Shown here piece after piece: positions 60,536-64,000 of a DNA stretch of 64,000 nucleotides (the first letter of the stretch is position 1; every line of letters starts with the position of its first letter). The position numbers were made by a program, and so were the translations under genes. The notes beneath the pieces are model-generated. The model was not told where the DNA came from and did no database searches. It worked only from the letters and a program-made list of their open reading frames with translations. The DNA is from Anthoceros angustus. Lineage: Eukaryota > Plantae > Anthocerotophyta. Where the stretch lies: contig MU008153.1 in NCBI GenBank assembly GCA_010909165.1, positions 930,001 through 994,000 on the forward strand, read 5' to 3'.

Positions 60536-63500
60536 ATGAGGCAGGCTCGGGGCATGCCGCTGCTGCTGCTGCATCTTCTGCTAGCATGGATGACGGTGGC
60601 GCAGGCCAGGTTTGTGGTGGAGGAAAACAGCATCACCGTCACCTCACCGTCCACGGCTGCACAGAAGACCTACAACAGCGCGATTGGCAACTTTGGGGTC
60701 CCGCACTACGGCGGAACCTTGCTCGGGAATGTTGTGTACCCGAGCCAGAATCCCACTGCCTGTGTCCCCTTTTCCACCAGTTTCAAGAGTGCCACTCCGG
60801 GAGGCCTTCCCACGATTTTACTAACAGATCGTGGTGGTACGTGCTGGGACTGTCGTTTGCAGCGGGTTCGGTGTTGGATCCGGGTTTTTGGATCTCAATC
60901 TAGTGGCCTGGCCCGGAATCGTGATGCGTGACTCAGTTCTGGTGGTTTGCTTACAGATTGTTTCTTTGCCAAGAAGGTATGGAATGCACAGCAAGCTGGA
61001 GCTGCGGCGGTTCTTGTCGCGGATGATAGGCCTGAGCTTCTTATCACCATGGACCAGCCGGATGCTGACGCAGATGCGTACACTTACCTGCCAAACATCA
61101 CCATCCCGTCTGCCCTTATTGAGCAGAACTTTGGTGACCAGCTCAAGAAGTGGCTGGCTGACAAGAGCGAGATGGTGACCTTGAATTTGGATTGGAGGGA
61201 GTCGTTGCCGCATCCTGATAACCGGGTGGAGTATGAGTTTTGGACGAACAGTAACGACCAGTGTGGGCCCAAGTGTGACACCATTATGGGGTTTTTGAAG
61301 GACTTTAAAGGTGCTGCGGAGATCCTCGAGCAGGGTTCTTTCGCTGAATTCACTCCGCACTACATAACTTGGTACTGTCCTCAGGCTTTCATTTTTAGTA
61401 AGCAGTGCAAGGCCCAGTGCATCAACAACGGCAGATATTGCGCCCCAGATCCGGAACAAGATTTCACTATTGGATATGACGGCAAAGACGTTGTGAAGGA
61501 GAATTTGAGGCAGCTGTGTGTGTTTAAGGTTGGGAAAGAGAAGCTTCAAAAACCATGGGTGTGGTGGGATTATGTGACGGACTTCCAGATCAGGTGCCCC
61601 ATGAAGGAGCAAAAATACAACAAGGCTTGTGCAGAGGAAGTCATCAAGTCACTCGGTTCGTGTGGTGGCACCTGTCGGATGTCCTCTCTTGTTCCAGTTG
61701 GACATCGTTTGAAGAGGGTACTGAAATTGCCTTGATCGAAGTGCTTGCAGGTCTACCTTTGGATGACATCAATGCCTGTATTGGTGACCCGGATGCTAAT
61801 GTGGACAATGAGGTTCTGAAGAAGGAGCAAGATGCACAGGTGCAACACTTGGTCTCTCCATTGAACTTGATGGAGCTTTGACTTCTGCGTGGAAGGGCAT
61901 TACTATCTTAGCAGCTGTGGCTTAGTGACTTGTTGCTGGCTGGCTTTGGCTTCTGTTCGTGGTTAGGTTGGACAGGGGGATCGGGGTGATGTTACAATTT
62001 TGCCTACCCTAATCATCAATCAGAGGCAGTACAGAGGTGGGCAATTTGATTCATAAGCTACGTTAGTCTATGCAAATGCCAAATCCATCTGCAGGCCTGA
62101 GTGGATAATTTTGGTGTCTCCAGGGAAGTTGGACAGGACGGCAGTCCTGAAGGGCATTTGCTCAGGGTTCCAGGAAGCAACCGAGCCAGCTATCTGTCTG
62201 AATGAAGGTTTGATTGATGGAAATGTTTGATAGCACGGGTCTTCATTGTCTGGGTCATTTTTGCATCGATGGGTTTCATCATTTTACATCTTTTCCATTG
62301 TAGAAATGGAGACCAACGAATGTCTGAACAATAATGGTGGCTGTTGGCAAAATACGAAGCAGAATATCACAGCCTGCAAGGTAAGACACATTGGCAGAGT
62401 CTCTGCCAGCTTGGAACTTTGTGGGAGCTAAGACATAAACAGCTGAAAACCTTGGGAGTGTGCAGGATACTTTCCGCGGCAGAGTTTGCCAGTGCCCTTC
62501 AGTTGGAGGGGTACAATTTCAGGGTGATGGTTACAGCTCCTGTGAACGTAAGTTCAAAGTCCATCTGAATTACCTCAGTCCTGTCCAATTTCGGGCTGAG
62601 TTAGCACTCACTAATAATCTGTTTTTCAGCTATTGGCACCGGGCGTTGTACAATTGATAATGGTGGCTGCTGGAAAGAGACAAAAGATTCCGTGACCTTC
62701 TCTGCCTGTTCGGTGAGTAGGATTTCGTCTCATCAAGGTGCTGATGCTGCTCGTCCCCTTCAACATTCCTGAATGTGGTTGCTTTCTACAGGACGTGACG
62801 CTGCAGGGCTGTCAATGCCCAAGTGGCTTCAAGGGCGATGGAGTTAGCAGTTGTATCGGTATGTTGCTACCTTTCCATATGTATGGGTATGCTGTTACCT
62901 TCGGGATAGTTTATGATTCTGGCGCCTGGTGGCAGACGGTCTCAATAAACTAAACCTTTGTTGTGGTACCACCAGATATTGACGAGTGTGCTGAGAAAAC
63001 AGCTTGCACGTGTCCACAGTGCTCGTGCAAGAACACATGGGGAGGCTTTGATTGCTCATGCACAGGCTCCTCAGATCTCCTATATATTCGGGAGCATGAC
63101 ACATGCATAAGTAAGTGTATGCTACCATCAGCTAGTCCTCTAACGCTGAATGTCTCATACTCGCTCCCCTCGCTAGGCTCTAACAAGACCCTTCGGCCTT
63201 GCAGGTAAGTCGGAGCAAGCTTCCAGGGTTGGCTGGGTAGTCACGTTGATTGTGTTTGCGGCCTTGGCCGTTGTTGGTGTCAGTGGCTACATTGTGTACA
63301 AGTACAGGCTTCGGGTAAGGGTTGTTTCAACTCCTCCTCCATTGTGTCGGTGCACTTTTTTGGTGAGGAACTGAACTTCCTTTTACACCTTGTCGTGCAG
63401 TCATATATGGATTCAGAAATTAGAGCGATCATGGCGCAGTATATGCCTCTCGACAGTCAGGGTGATGCCCTGCATCATCTGACAGACGAGGACAGGTAAG

Positions 63501-63580
63501 TAACCTTGTTTTTGGTACTGCATCCTTTTTCGTCGATTCTGTTGACTTGTTCTGAGATCTTCCTCTGTTGCAGGATATAG
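60536..63580 (+). CDS. VSR: Vacuolar sorting receptor (BP-80/VSR): signal peptide, PA domain, central domain, three EGF repeats, TM helix, YMPL motif; ~13 exons starting 60536-60836, 60957-61655, 61752-61839
   Basis: [117 protein letters not shown]. Confidence 0.95.
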
Positions 63581-64000
63581 GCTGGGATTGATTTTAAAGG
63601 GGGCACGATCTTATCCTTAAAATGCCAAGTGATATATCTGTTGATCGGCAACGTTCTGTCAACTTCCAACGATGGACTGTCGTCTCCATCTGTCCATGGG
63701 GTGCCCTTGTGGCAGGTCGGTATGCTGCTCACAGGTACTGATGCCTGTTTTTGCAACGACGGGATATATTCAATCTAGTATGCAGGATGACTCATCGTAG
63801 GAGACATGGCCCGAAAGGCCACATGAGGCAGAGATGATTTTGAGTTGGGTAAAGTTGATCTATTGTTGTAATCTTAAGAATATCACATCTTTGCCGAGTG
63901 GTCATTAAATTTAGTATGTTTTTCTCGGCCTATCTCGTTAGGCCTCCACGAAATGGGTCTGCTCATATGCTGGCAACTGCTATCAAGGAAACCGCACCGG

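Overview
Eukaryotic nuclear DNA from a seed-free land plant. A hornwort is the best guess, inferred from the short ~80-120 nt introns, compact genes and PPR genes with a WW-type PG box. Host genes: soluble starch synthase I (minus, 13 coding exons), a DDT-domain DDR4 homologue (minus), two head-to-head intronless PLS-class PPR genes, and a vacuolar sorting receptor (plus). About 12.5-60 kb is mostly transposon-derived or decayed. It holds an mTERF pseudogene, a 25S rRNA fragment, palindromic minisatellites, a truncated iMet-primed Ty3/gypsy element with a 2.15-kb tandem duplication, and two pogo-type TIR elements. It also holds a PIF/Harbinger element with perfect TIRs and TAA TSD, an Athila-like gypsy complex with ~4.9-kb LTRs, and two Ty1/copia remnants. 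Most notable: (1) an OSB-type PDF ssDNA-binding motif fused to the N-terminus of an RNA-editing-type PPR protein, intact in one paralogue and eroded in the other; (2) a fragment with the spacing of a true (Asp-specific) caspase p20 N-terminus, packed inside a pogo-type non-autonomous element; (3) a perfect 65-bp exon duplication in SS1 that supplies a new splice acceptor where the old one reads TAC instead of TAG; (4) accessory genes in both LTR retroelement types. Family assignments come from remembered motifs; no database searches were run. Dense indels in the TE regions may partly be long-read consensus error.
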